Source of the DNA: a virus
Taxonomy: Duplodnaviria; Caudoviricetes
IMG/VR virus record: IMGVR_UViG_3300028840_008186
Coordinates: 1 to 64,000 of that record
DNA: 64,000 bases
Strand: one strand, 5' to 3'
This document shows positions 54,903-64,000 of this stretch, piece by piece. The translations under genes and the position numbers were made by a program. The notes beneath the pieces were generated by a model. It was not told the DNA's origin and made no database searches. It saw nothing but the letters and a program-made list of their open reading frames with translations. Every line of letters begins with the position of its first letter. The first letter of the stretch is position 1.

Positions 54903-55533
54903 AGTGGGTTCTGTGGCCATTAAAAGGAGAGGAGACAAGCCATTGCCGGCAAAGATAGATTGGAATGGATTAGCAGAGTACATGAATTACAGTTCTGTGA
55001 AGGAAATGCTTGAATCGGAGATAGCCAAGGAAGCCCACGCCAAATTCGTAGGACACAATGTGACAAGTTTCGCGAAAAAGTTGGGCGTGAGCACGGTCAG
55101 CTTGGCCAAGAAGATGAAAGAAGTGGGAGTGGAAGCGCCACCGAAAGGAATGAAATATTACTTCTTTCCTGAACGGTTCGGATATTCTAGCGAGAAGGCA
55201 ATGTTTCAATGTTGGCGATTCGATGAAGGAAAGTCACCAGAGGAAATCCAAGATCTTTTGAAAGAAAAGATTACGGAGCTCCCAGTTCGCCGACAGAATG
55301 TTATAAAACGATTGAAAGAATACAAGTGCTTTAACGGGATTGAGCGGCAATACATTTATCACAAGGACGGAACGTGGAGCTGGAGAAAACTATGCCCTAT
55401 ATGCGGAGGGGCGACGGTTCGCAAACCAAACAATGAACGCGGGTACGCCGGATCTTGGTGTACCCGATGCGACTGGGAAACACCGCAGAACAGAAAGGAA
55501 GATATTTATGTTCCAAGCCCGGAGGTTCTATGA
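54874..55533 (+). CDS. HTH + zinc-ribbon protein
   Basis: VTSFAKKLGVSTVSL; CPICGG...CTRC. Confidence 0.65.
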   Translation: MEKSQDAQNEVGSVAIKRRGDKPLPAKIDWNGLAEYMNYSSVKEMLESEIAKEAHAKFVGHNVTSFAKKLGVSTVSLAKKMKEVGVEAPPKGMKYYFFPERFGYSSEKAMFQCWRFDEGKSPEEIQDLLKEKITELPVRRQNVIKRLKEYKCFNGIERQYIYHKDGTWSWRKLCPICGGATVRKPNNERGYAGSWCTRCDWETPQNRKEDIYVPSPEVL

Positions 55534-56416
55534 AGACTATGGAATTGACTACAGCGATGGAACGATTAGTCATAAGCACACTCGAAGAGGTTGGATTAAC
55601 CGCCCGTGTCCGTTCTGTACGGGCAATCCCGGACTCCACCTCGGATATAACGAAAGCAATGGATATTACGTTTGTTATCGATGTGGAGGCCATTCCGCAG
55701 CTAAAGTGGTTCGGGCTCTCCGAGGCAGCAGCTGGACGGAAGCTAAGAGACTCGTTTCTGCATATGGCGGCGAGGAAGCTTACAAAACGAAGAGAGCGCG
55801 TGAAGCAAAAGAGAAAGAGATTGAAGTGGTACTACCGAAAGGCAGTGGTCCGCTTATTGAACAACACCGCGTCTACCTTGTTGCGAGATACTTTGACCCT
55901 GAAGCCCTGGAGGACATATGGGGCTTGCTCGGAACGAACCACCTGGGACCATACAAGTGGCGAATCATCGCCCCTATCTTGTTTGGGGGAAAACTCGTGT
56001 CTTACCAAGGCCGAGATATCACGGGGCGGTCTGATAAGAAATACAAAGCATGCGCGAGAGATAGCGAACAAATACATCACAAACAGGTTCTCTACGGATA
56101 TGACTTAGCCGATCGAGATGTCCTGGTTGTGGAAGGAGTAACGGACGTATGGCGAATGGGTCCTGGGTCGGTAGCTACGTTTGGAATAAAATATACACCG
56201 GCCCAGGTCAAATTGTTGAGCCAATTCCGGCGAGTGTTTGTATGGTTCGATGAAGAAGATCCCGAGGCTGAAGAGAAAAACCTACAGCTGGCCTCAGAAC
56301 TGACGGCACTTGGAGTCGATTCTGAGGTTATCCGAGCTGGGATCGAAGGAGATCCTGGAGACTTGAATCAAAAGGATGCAGACTACGTTATGCGAGAACT
56401 GTTGATAAGAAGGTGA
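55508..56416 (+). CDS. DNA primase (Zn finger + TOPRIM)
   Basis: CPFC...HLG....CYRCG; YQGR; VVEGVTD; WFD; DPGDL. Confidence 0.88.
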   Translation: MFQARRFYEDYGIDYSDGTISHKHTRRGWINRPCPFCTGNPGLHLGYNESNGYYVCYRCGGHSAAKVVRALRGSSWTEAKRLVSAYGGEEAYKTKRAREAKEKEIEVVLPKGSGPLIEQHRVYLVARYFDPEALEDIWGLLGTNHLGPYKWRIIAPILFGGKLVSYQGRDITGRSDKKYKACARDSEQIHHKQVLYGYDLADRDVLVVEGVTDVWRMGPGSVATFGIKYTPAQVKLLSQFRRVFVWFDEEDPEAEEKNLQLASELTALGVDSEVIRAGIEGDPGDLNQKDADYVMRELLIRR

Positions 56417-56457
56417 CTAACATACCAGGATGGATAGAGTTTCAAAGAAGGGGTGCC

Positions 56458-56567
56458 GTTATATATAACTTGTTATATATAACTACGCGCGTAGTTCTTA
56501 TTACGCGCGCCCGAGCGCCTCAGCGCGTGCAGGATACCCTTATCCCACCCCTAAAGGGGTGGGGGGT
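56458..56567. repeat. palindrome cluster, candidate replication origin
   Basis: GTTATATATAAC twice, AACTACGCGCGTAGTT, CCCACCCCT-AA-AGGGGTGGG. Confidence 0.55.
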
Positions 56568-56614
56568 ATCCTCACCCCTTTGGGTTGCAAGAGTAGGTTT
56601 TGAAGGAGGTTTTT

Positions 56615-57433
56615 ATGAGAACTAAATTCCCAGGAAAAAGAAAAACTATGGGAACAAAAATCAAAGATAAGAAACCTCCCAAAAAGGTTTCTCCCAAGAA
56701 AAAGATTAGACAAGAAGGATATGAAATACTTGTAAAAAATCTTACCATTCATTCCATGATATCTCTATGGATCAATACAGAAGGATTAACCGGCCATACT
56801 AAGCGAGTGCAAGAAAGATGCGCTTATTTCCTGTCTGCTTTAGCAGAAGGGAAATTAGTCCCTGCTCTTCAAAGATATTATGGCAAAGCTAAGGTAAACC
56901 TTCCACCTGAACAATTAGAGATAGTTTCCAAACGAATAGGCATTACCAGAGTGGACCGAATGGTATTAGATTACATCGAGTATTATCTTGATCCCACTTT
57001 ACTTACCAAGTACATGACACCCAGTTTAATACAAGCTATCTACCATGAATACTACCAAAGTTCACCGCTGATTTATTACACGCAGATCGCTATTCCCAGA
57101 TCCATATTCCCAGATCCAATTGACTCTGCGAGAGATGTTGATATCAAATTAGGAGCCCATACATTTATCAAAGATTATTATTGGATAAATGGAAAGAAAG
57201 ATAATTATCAAACGCGCAAGCAAGTAGCAGCACTGGCCAAAACTCTTATTCAAATATTCCGCAGCTCGGATACTACTATGGCTTCAGGAATTACAGATCC
57301 AGTTGATATGATGGAGGAGTATGCGTTCTGGTTAAACCAAAGCGGAGCCAAAGCTTCGCCGCTTGGATTAGGCCCCACCAGTGGATGGTGGAAATCTTTC
57401 AGAGACGAAGTTCTACATCTTGCAGATGAGTAA
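56615..57433 (+). CDS. hypothetical replication-module protein
   Basis: AAGGAGGT RBS; between primase and helicase. Confidence 0.7.
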   Translation: MRTKFPGKRKTMGTKIKDKKPPKKVSPKKKIRQEGYEILVKNLTIHSMISLWINTEGLTGHTKRVQERCAYFLSALAEGKLVPALQRYYGKAKVNLPPEQLEIVSKRIGITRVDRMVLDYIEYYLDPTLLTKYMTPSLIQAIYHEYYQSSPLIYYTQIAIPRSIFPDPIDSARDVDIKLGAHTFIKDYYWINGKKDNYQTRKQVAALAKTLIQIFRSSDTTMASGITDPVDMMEEYAFWLNQSGAKASPLGLGPTSGWWKSFRDEVLHLADE

Positions 57434-57444
57434 GGAGGTGAGAA

Positions 57445-59040
57445 TTGAAGATAGAGAGAACCAAACCGCAGGACGCCCAATCTGAACGCTATATTGTGAC
57501 TGCGATGATTATGTCCGGGCGGTGTTGCAAAGCATTCAAAGATATGGACTGCAAAGAGTATCTCCAAACTAGCTTTGCAAAAACTATAGCCGATTGGTGC
57601 TTACAGTATTACGACAGATACGAGACGGCACCGGCGTACCAAATAAAAGCTATCTTTGAAGAGGAATCGGATTTCCTTGAACAAGACATAGCGGATATGA
57701 CGGAGAAGTTTTTGGAAAGCTTGAGTGAGGAATTTGAAAGGACGGAGCATTTCAATTCCCAGTACTGGATTGACTATGGCGAGAAGTATTTCAAAGCCCG
57801 TAGTTACAAGAAGCTTGCCAAGGAGATAGCCAGAGCTGCAGATCAAAACGATGTGAAGAGAGCCGATGAGCTATACTCTGATTTTAACCGCGTTGAAGTT
57901 GCGCAATTAGATGGGGTAAATGTTTTCGATCAAAAGGAAATTACAGAACTTCAAATCAGAAGTGAGGAATCTGATACGCGAAAGTTATTCAAGATGCCAG
58001 GGGCGTTGGGCGAAATGATAGGATGGGTTGAAAGAGAAACATTCTTTGCGTTCCTCGCCAGGGAGAAAGCAGGTAAATCTTATGTACTGGAAGAGTTCGG
58101 ATTCAGGGCTTATCGGGAGGGGTGTAAGGTTGCTTACTTCGACATGGGAGATATGTCCAAGGACCAAAGTGATTACCGATATTTATCTTACGTCACAGGA
58201 AAGCCGTACAACGACCGATATGCTGGCCCTACCTGGATCCCCATTTTGGATTGCTTGTGGAATCAAGACGGTCGTTGCACCGATGGTTGCTCGGCTGATA
58301 TTGTAAAACAAGATGACAAAGGCAAAAGGTATTTTGCTTGCGGACCTTGGGATGAGGAAGGAGAAGATCATGAAACATGTATTGAATGCAAAAAAGAAAA
58401 ACCGAGGAAGTTCAGGGGATCGGTATGGTGGAAGAAGGTAAATTTATCAGTTTGGGCCTGGACAGAGGCTCGAAGGAGAGCAAAGTGGTTTGAAACAAAG
58501 TTCCGCCGGGGAGTTTTTGAACGATGCAATTGGCCAATGGGAACTCGTAGAATCAGCGACGTGGAGTCCTGGATTGTGCAAAACCGAGAACGTAACGGAT
58601 GGGTTCCTGACGTTGTTATCGTAGACTACCCTGATATTGCGCTGCCTGAGGATGCAAGAATGGAGTTCCGGCACAGGGAGAACGAGAAGTGGATGAGGCT
58701 CAGAAGTATTTCTCAAAAGTTCCACTGCTCGGTCATCACTGTTACTCAGAGTGACGCAGCCGGATACAAAAAGAAAAACCTCGACCTGTCCAATTTCAAT
58801 GAGGATAAACGAAAATATGGACATGTTACTCACTTCTATGCAATCAATAAAACGCTGGAGGAGCAAGAGCTAGGGCTTATGAGGATAGCGGCTTTGATAC
58901 TGCGCGAGGACGAAATGAGCACTGTGAATAATGTAACAGTCCTACAAGCTTTGCGCAAAGGCAGACCTTACACAGCAAGTTTTTTTGGAAGTACGCCGAA
59001 ATTACCCGTAGTTCAAGACAAGGTCCAAGTATATATATAG
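57445..59040 (+). CDS. DnaB-like replicative helicase with Cys-rich insertion
   Basis: Walker A AREKAGKS; VVIVDYPD; VITVTQS; EDKRK. Confidence 0.88.
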   Translation: MKIERTKPQDAQSERYIVTAMIMSGRCCKAFKDMDCKEYLQTSFAKTIADWCLQYYDRYETAPAYQIKAIFEEESDFLEQDIADMTEKFLESLSEEFERTEHFNSQYWIDYGEKYFKARSYKKLAKEIARAADQNDVKRADELYSDFNRVEVAQLDGVNVFDQKEITELQIRSEESDTRKLFKMPGALGEMIGWVERETFFAFLAREKAGKSYVLEEFGFRAYREGCKVAYFDMGDMSKDQSDYRYLSYVTGKPYNDRYAGPTWIPILDCLWNQDGRCTDGCSADIVKQDDKGKRYFACGPWDEEGEDHETCIECKKEKPRKFRGSVWWKKVNLSVWAWTEARRRAKWFETKFRRGVFERCNWPMGTRRISDVESWIVQNRERNGWVPDVVIVDYPDIALPEDARMEFRHRENEKWMRLRSISQKFHCSVITVTQSDAAGYKKKNLDLSNFNEDKRKYGHVTHFYAINKTLEEQELGLMRIAALILREDEMSTVNNVTVLQALRKGRPYTASFFGSTPKLPVVQDKVQVYI

Positions 59041-59097
59041 GCAAAGGGCGGAGATGTTCCGCCGATTATTAACAACTTCCAACAAGAGGAGGACATT

Positions 59098-59751
59098 ATG
59101 GAAAAGAAAGATCTCAAGAAACTGGCTAAGGAAATGAACAAGGTTATGGGACTGGACCCGGCGATCGATCTCAAATTGGACGCCGAAAAACTCGAGGACT
59201 ATATCAAGAAAAGCCTAGATGAGGTGTATGATACTGATATCGAACCGGAGAACGAAGGGGATGATTGTTTTTCCGACGCAGCGGTGAAGACGCTGGCTGA
59301 ATTGGGGCACGAATACGCTCAGAAGTACCTCGAAAAGCAAGATGAAGGCGAAGAGGAGCCTGAGCCTGAGCCTGAAGAGAAGAAACCCTCCAGGCGCTCG
59401 AGCAGCAAGGGCAAGAAGAAGGAAGAGCCCAAGAAGGAAGAGAAACCTTCACGTAGCAAGGGCAGCAAGAAAGAGGAGCCGAAACAGTCCAAGAAATCTG
59501 ACAAAGAGCCTACGACACGAAAGATGACGCGGCTCGATTCTATTGTTCAGGGCATCGCCAACGCTCACAAACAAAAGAAGAATTGGGAGTTGGATGAAAT
59601 CACCAAAATTACCAATGAACTCTACTCCTCCAACGGCGGCAAAGAAAACCACCGTGAGGCGAAGTTCTTTGTGAATATCGCTATCCAATGTATGGCAGGC
59701 ATTGGAGTAGTAGAATTCAACAAAGAAAAAGAACATGTGAAGTTCGCCTAA
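59098..59751 (+). CDS. Lys/Glu-rich low-complexity protein
   Basis: GAGGAGG RBS; EPEPEP and SKGxKKEEPK repeats. Confidence 0.75.
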   Translation: MEKKDLKKLAKEMNKVMGLDPAIDLKLDAEKLEDYIKKSLDEVYDTDIEPENEGDDCFSDAAVKTLAELGHEYAQKYLEKQDEGEEEPEPEPEEKKPSRRSSSKGKKKEEPKKEEKPSRSKGSKKEEPKQSKKSDKEPTTRKMTRLDSIVQGIANAHKQKKNWELDEITKITNELYSSNGGKENHREAKFFVNIAIQCMAGIGVVEFNKEKEHVKFA

Positions 59752-60197
59752 TGGGACGTTGGAAAAGTATACCTGGATACCCTGGCTATTGGGCTTCGGC
59801 CCAAGGTCAGGTTCTAGGTAAAAAGGGCGGAGTTCTCAAGCCGAAGCTTAAGAAATATGCATATGTTGATTTGTATAGGAACAACAAGAGGGCGCGTAGG
59901 CCCATCCACCAATTGGTACTGGAGGTTTTCGGACCTCCTAGGCCTTCTCCTAACCACTTCCCGAATCACAAAGATGGTAACAAATTGAATAATAGTATTT
60001 CTAATCTTGAATGGCTCACTCCTAAAGAGAATATGAGACACGCTGTGAAAACTGGTCTGTTCGTTATCCCATCCGGTCCCAAGAATCATTGGCATGGAAA
60101 GGCTCAGTCCGCTTCTCATATTCTAAAAAGATCAGAAGCCATGAGAGGTAAGAAAAACCATCAGTATAAACATGGGAGGTATTCTGCTTATGAGTAA
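59751..60197 (+). CDS. free-standing NUMOD4-HNH homing endonuclease
   Basis: WKSIPGY.GY..S..G; IHQLV..F; NHKDGNKLNN...NLEW.T..EN..HA. Confidence 0.9.
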   Translation: MGRWKSIPGYPGYWASAQGQVLGKKGGVLKPKLKKYAYVDLYRNNKRARRPIHQLVLEVFGPPRPSPNHFPNHKDGNKLNNSISNLEWLTPKENMRHAVKTGLFVIPSGPKNHWHGKAQSASHILKRSEAMRGKKNHQYKHGRYSAYE

Positions 60198-61269
60198 GCA
60201 TGGTTTATCAGTGCGTGGTGATTGTTTATACTGCCCGCTTCCCCTCTCCATAGACCCATACAACAACTGCCTCGTAGACTGCCACCATTGTTATATGAGG
60301 CGGTTGAATCATGTATGGGGCAAAGAACTCAAGCCGTTGGATCCAGAAGCTTTGAGAAAGAAGCTCACCAACGGCTTGAAAAACAAGAATCCCAAATCCT
60401 CGATGGCCAACTGTCTCGCCAGAAAGAAAACTATACGGATTGGCAACAAGGCTGATGGCTTCCAACCGATCGAGGACGATCTGCATATCACGGCCCAAGT
60501 GATACAGATCTTGGAAGAACTGGAGTGGAGTTATGTTATCCAAACAAGATTCCTATCAAGAGTCTGGGAATTTGGCTCCGACTATCGAGACGCCCTCTCT
60601 CCAAGAAACGCCGTTATTCTTCCGATTATTAGTCCTGGCCTTGAGATGGACTGGGAGATCCTCGAGAGAAGAAGAACGGATCCGCCAAGGGTTAGACTGC
60701 GGATCCTCAAAGAGTTTCGAGAGCGCGGATTCCACGGCGGCGTCAATGGAGAGCCTTTCATTCCTGGGTATCATACGGTGCAGGATTTCGAGGACACGCT
60801 CAAAACGCTCAGGGACTATGGGATCGACCGGTACAACACATACAACTTACACTTGAATGATTACGTTCTGAAACGACTAAACGATATCAATTTGGATATC
60901 GAGAAGATTTGGACCATGAATCAGGACAAGAATTGGAAGCCGATCCAACAGCAGCTTTGCGATCTTGCGAAAAAACATAATATCATACTGGGCTGTCCCG
61001 ACTTTGTAAACACCGGACCTGACTGGAAGGAGGAGGCTAATACTTGTTGCGGCATAGACGTTCCGAATCCAAGCCGATTTAATACCCATTACTTCAAGAA
61101 GACTATGCAGGCCGGAGTCAAGGCCCCTAACGCTGTACTAACGCAGCATTGGGAGGGTATCGGGGAGTTTGAGGAGGCCTTGAAGATAGTCCAAGGGAAA
61201 CGATCCGATATGTATACAATGGCTGATGCTGGATTGGTTAAGAAGCCCAAGAAAGGATTGATAGTATAA
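60190..61269 (+). CDS. radical SAM enzyme (SPL-like type)
   Basis: IDPYNNCLVDCHHCY (CxxxCxxC); D.FQP.E; EPFIPG; CCG. Confidence 0.88.
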   Translation: MSKHGLSVRGDCLYCPLPLSIDPYNNCLVDCHHCYMRRLNHVWGKELKPLDPEALRKKLTNGLKNKNPKSSMANCLARKKTIRIGNKADGFQPIEDDLHITAQVIQILEELEWSYVIQTRFLSRVWEFGSDYRDALSPRNAVILPIISPGLEMDWEILERRRTDPPRVRLRILKEFRERGFHGGVNGEPFIPGYHTVQDFEDTLKTLRDYGIDRYNTYNLHLNDYVLKRLNDINLDIEKIWTMNQDKNWKPIQQQLCDLAKKHNIILGCPDFVNTGPDWKEEANTCCGIDVPNPSRFNTHYFKKTMQAGVKAPNAVLTQHWEGIGEFEEALKIVQGKRSDMYTMADAGLVKKPKKGLIV

Positions 61270-61439
61270 TGGAAACGTATTGGGAACAAGTACAGCAGTT
61301 GCATGATCAATTAACCCACGTTGCTATTTCTTGCTTAGGCAAGGATCCCTTCGATCGGGACAAAGCCAAGTTTACTATAGCGGTCCTCGATGGACCAATG
61401 GAAGGAGAAATTGTCACTGTTGAAATGAGGATAGTATGA
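61269..61439 (+). CDS. 56-aa hypothetical protein (absent from ORF track)
   Basis: TAATG and ATGA coupling at both ends; METYWEQVQQ... Confidence 0.6.
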   Translation: METYWEQVQQLHDQLTHVAISCLGKDPFDRDKAKFTIAVLDGPMEGEIVTVEMRIV

Positions 61440-62143
61440 AAACAAATACGATATTAGCTGGAGACGCTCAGATGATGAGCGAGGATTACATACCTGACGG
61501 TTCGATTGACTTTGTTTTGACGTCTCCTCCGTATGATGGTGCGAACACTCCGAAGGGCGCTGCTCCGAACTTATACCAGTACGGCTTTGAGTTGAGTCGG
61601 GTGTTGAAAGATGGGGGTGTTTGCGTCTTGGTCATACAGGACATAGTCCACAACGGCATCAAGCGCGGCCACTCCATTCGAATCCCGTCCTATTGGATAG
61701 ATCACACCAAGCTAAATCTTTGGGACGATTATATCTATTGGCGCGGAGGGCAGGAGGGGTATTGGTGGAAGAATCGGATCCGCAAAGACCACGACTATAT
61801 GTGGATCTTCGTCAACAATGCGAACAAACCTAAAACCTTCAACAAGATCCGCTACTCCAATCAGGGCTCTATCTTTGATTACCGAACCGAGAAGCGGAAG
61901 ACCAATTTGAGGCGTCACAAAAAAGAGAAAGGCAAGCTATACCCGGTTGCGTTTCCTTTCCAGTTGGCTGAGGATATGATCCGGATCTTCACCAAAAAGG
62001 ATGACTTGGTACTAGATCCTTTTTGCGGGTACGGAACGACTCTCGCCGCAGCGAAGGTTTTGAATAGACGGTACTTGGGAATAGAACTGTTGGAGCACGT
62101 AGCATCGATCGCTACCAAGCACCTGGAGGCTGGATTACTATGA
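61436..62143 (+). CDS. amino-DNA methyltransferase (N4-C/N6-A, beta order)
   Basis: TSPPY precedes LDPFCGYGTT; P.AFP. Confidence 0.9.
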   Translation: MKTNTILAGDAQMMSEDYIPDGSIDFVLTSPPYDGANTPKGAAPNLYQYGFELSRVLKDGGVCVLVIQDIVHNGIKRGHSIRIPSYWIDHTKLNLWDDYIYWRGGQEGYWWKNRIRKDHDYMWIFVNNANKPKTFNKIRYSNQGSIFDYRTEKRKTNLRRHKKEKGKLYPVAFPFQLAEDMIRIFTKKDDLVLDPFCGYGTTLAAAKVLNRRYLGIELLEHVASIATKHLEAGLL

Positions 62144-62961
62144 GTTTAGGACTGAGAAAAACTCCTCGGCTCTTGGACCAATGGAAATCCCTCGCCAATA
62201 TAATAAACAATCCTGTTGAGTATTGGGATTTCCCTACCACAATGCTCGCCTTTGCTAAATCTTTGAAGAACTCTCAGCTTTTGCTTATGGAAGGCGGCGT
62301 TGTGTTCAGGATAAGGGGAAAGCAAGCGACATTGATCAATTGGTTCGGGGAAGAGGAGGATATGCGAGCAGCGGTATTTGCTCTTCAATCTCAAGATATC
62401 AAAGTGAAAAGCCTTAATTGGGAGAAGACTATGTTCTTCCCGGACAAGGGAGCGAAGGTCAAAGAATTCATTGTCTATGGCTTATATGACTTTGATCTTT
62501 CTACACAATGCCACTCGAGCAAGACCCGTGAAACTTTGAGGAGGAAGCACCGCCAGGGCAAGAAACGGTACACCGTAGGACATAAGCTGCCAGCTAGAGA
62601 GAAGATGGATGAACTATTTGCTAAATGGGCTGAGGAAGCCAGCAAGCGTCATTTTATGGTTGTTAAAGGACATTACCAAGCCTATATCGATCTACTTTAC
62701 AAAGGCTTTGCTAGCTGTATTTGCTTTTGGGAAGGCGAGGAACTGATAGGCATATGCGGTTACGAGGTTTTCGGCAGCTGTGCGCAAATAACTTTGATGA
62801 AGAATCGAAAGGCGCACAGTTGTTTCCCAGTTTACTTTTGGGTTGCGTCTGTAGAGACTATATCCCGGCACTATAACAAAGTATTTTGCGGATCAACCGC
62901 CGAGGGGCTCAAGCAACAGTTAGGTTTCCTGCCTTATGATACCTATAAGTTGAAGCTTTAG
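62140..62961 (+). CDS. GNAT/FemAB/DUF2156-like acyl- or aminoacyl-transferase
   Basis: RETLRR...; ELF.KW; FWEGEELIG; GS...GLKQQLG resemble tandem GNAT fold. Confidence 0.45.
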   Translation: MSLGLRKTPRLLDQWKSLANIINNPVEYWDFPTTMLAFAKSLKNSQLLLMEGGVVFRIRGKQATLINWFGEEEDMRAAVFALQSQDIKVKSLNWEKTMFFPDKGAKVKEFIVYGLYDFDLSTQCHSSKTRETLRRKHRQGKKRYTVGHKLPAREKMDELFAKWAEEASKRHFMVVKGHYQAYIDLLYKGFASCICFWEGEELIGICGYEVFGSCAQITLMKNRKAHSCFPVYFWVASVETISRHYNKVFCGSTAEGLKQQLGFLPYDTYKLKL

Positions 62962-63064
62962 TATTTTTATCCTTAAAAATAAATATTTCCTTTATTAAAA
63001 ACCATTTTATAGCCCTAGTTCAAGTCGGATTAGGGCTATATTTATGGGCGGAAGGAGGGCCGGG

Positions 63065-63907
63065 ATGACGATTCGATTGATACCAAATACTCCAGTGGAG
63101 GAGTATACCGTTAAAGGGCAAACGGTTTTAGTCAAAAGGGAAGATCGCGCTACACCTTATCCCGGTCCTCCATTTTCTAAAGTACGGGGGTTGGTGCCCT
63201 ACCTATGGGATTTAAAAGAGTTGGGATTCACAACCATAGGCTACGTGGAAACCTCTGTCTCTATGGCCGGATGGGGAGTCGCGTGGGCGTGCTATCACCT
63301 CGGCCTCGAGTGCATTTTATGGGACCCTCAATACGAGAAGACGCCACCGCTGCTTCGCTACCATCGGAAACAATGGAAGAAGTTCAACCCTAAGATTCTA
63401 CCGATTAAGGCAGGGATGGCAGCGGTAAACTATAATATAGCAGCTAAAGAGGTTCGCAAGACACCGGATTGTTTCTTGCTTCCGCTCGGATTGCCTCTCC
63501 CTTATACCGTAATGGAAACTGCTAAGATCGCCCGGGAGACGTGGAATAGCAATGTATTTCGTACCGTAGTAACATCGGTCGGTAGTGGTACAATATGTGC
63601 GGGACTCTTGAAAGGACTCCCTGGAGATGTTAAGATATTCGGAGTAATGACCAGAACCGGTTCATCAAAACACAAAGCAAAAACGATCCATAAAAAAGCA
63701 CACATCCCTATCGGCGGTTTTTTAGGGAACAAAAACCTGAGTGTAGTAGATCCGGGATGGAGATATGCTGACCGAAGCTCTTGGCCGTGTCCTTTCCCAT
63801 GCCACCCTTGGTATGATCGGAAGGCGTGGCAATGGTTAGACCAATGGATGGGGATGCAGCAAATGGATGGGCCAGTAATGTTTTGGAATATCGGGAGGGT
63901 GCGATGA
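63065..63907 (+). CDS. PLP-dependent enzyme, fold type II (ACC deaminase/D-Cys desulfhydrase-like)
   Basis: VLVKRED...PPFSKVRG (PLP lysine); VGSGTICAG; YDRKAW; FWNIG. Confidence 0.85.
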   Translation: MTIRLIPNTPVEEYTVKGQTVLVKREDRATPYPGPPFSKVRGLVPYLWDLKELGFTTIGYVETSVSMAGWGVAWACYHLGLECILWDPQYEKTPPLLRYHRKQWKKFNPKILPIKAGMAAVNYNIAAKEVRKTPDCFLLPLGLPLPYTVMETAKIARETWNSNVFRTVVTSVGSGTICAGLLKGLPGDVKIFGVMTRTGSSKHKAKTIHKKAHIPIGGFLGNKNLSVVDPGWRYADRSSWPCPFPCHPWYDRKAWQWLDQWMGMQQMDGPVMFWNIGRVR

Positions 63908-64000
63908 ACCGCATAAGTACAGACAACTACCCGTTACTGAAAGCGTTCGCTGATGCGTTGAAGCTGACTATTTTAGAAGAGATCGACGTTGAAGGGAAGT
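63904..64000 (+). CDS. partial ORF running off the window
   Basis: ATGA coupling, GGGAGG RBS. Confidence 0.55.
   Translation, partial: MNRISTDNYPLLKAFADALKLTILEEIDVEGK

Noticed and set aside
55455-56108. 217-aa alternative-frame ORF over the primase
   Set aside because: Almost fully overlaps the motif-bearing primase frame; no independent evidence
59751-60197. Group I intron around the HNH gene
   Set aside because: The ORF overlaps both neighbours directly, leaving no room for ribozyme sequence; treated as free-standing
1-64000. Stop-codon reassignment
   Set aside because: Long genes are intact in the standard code and TAA, TAG and TGA all end coupled genes
1-64000. tRNA, rRNA, integrase or transposase
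   Set aside because: None recognised by eye; a tRNAscan/HMM run is needed to exclude them fully

Overview
This window is part of a large, long-tailed (siphovirus-like) dsDNA phage genome with two divergent arms that meet at about 37.2-37.6 kb. The left arm (- strand) is the late operon: putative TerS, cupin, J-domain protein, TerL, portal, ChaB-like/protease/scaffold, decoration protein, lambda-gpE-type capsid, head-tail proteins, tail tube, G/GT chaperones with a -1 frameshift site, a ~2870-aa tape measure and Cys-rich tail proteins. It continues directly into eight coupled glycan-modifying genes (GT-A, GT-D, Maf/MptE-like, methyl- and sulfotransferase). The right arm (+ strand) holds many small early genes behind repeated 19-bp-spacer promoters. 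These are followed by a sigma-like protein, SNF2 helicase, primase, DnaB-like helicase, HNH endonuclease and a radical SAM / DNA MTase / GNAT-like / PLP-enzyme cluster suggestive of DNA hypermodification. The most striking unexplained signal is a ~950-bp island at the start of the early arm (37432-38383). It has no CA dinucleotide on the + strand and almost no TG, and its main protein lacks Gln, His, Cys and internal Met, while its paralog 3 kb away uses them freely. Product calls come from recognising motifs by eye and counts are by hand; no database searches were run.
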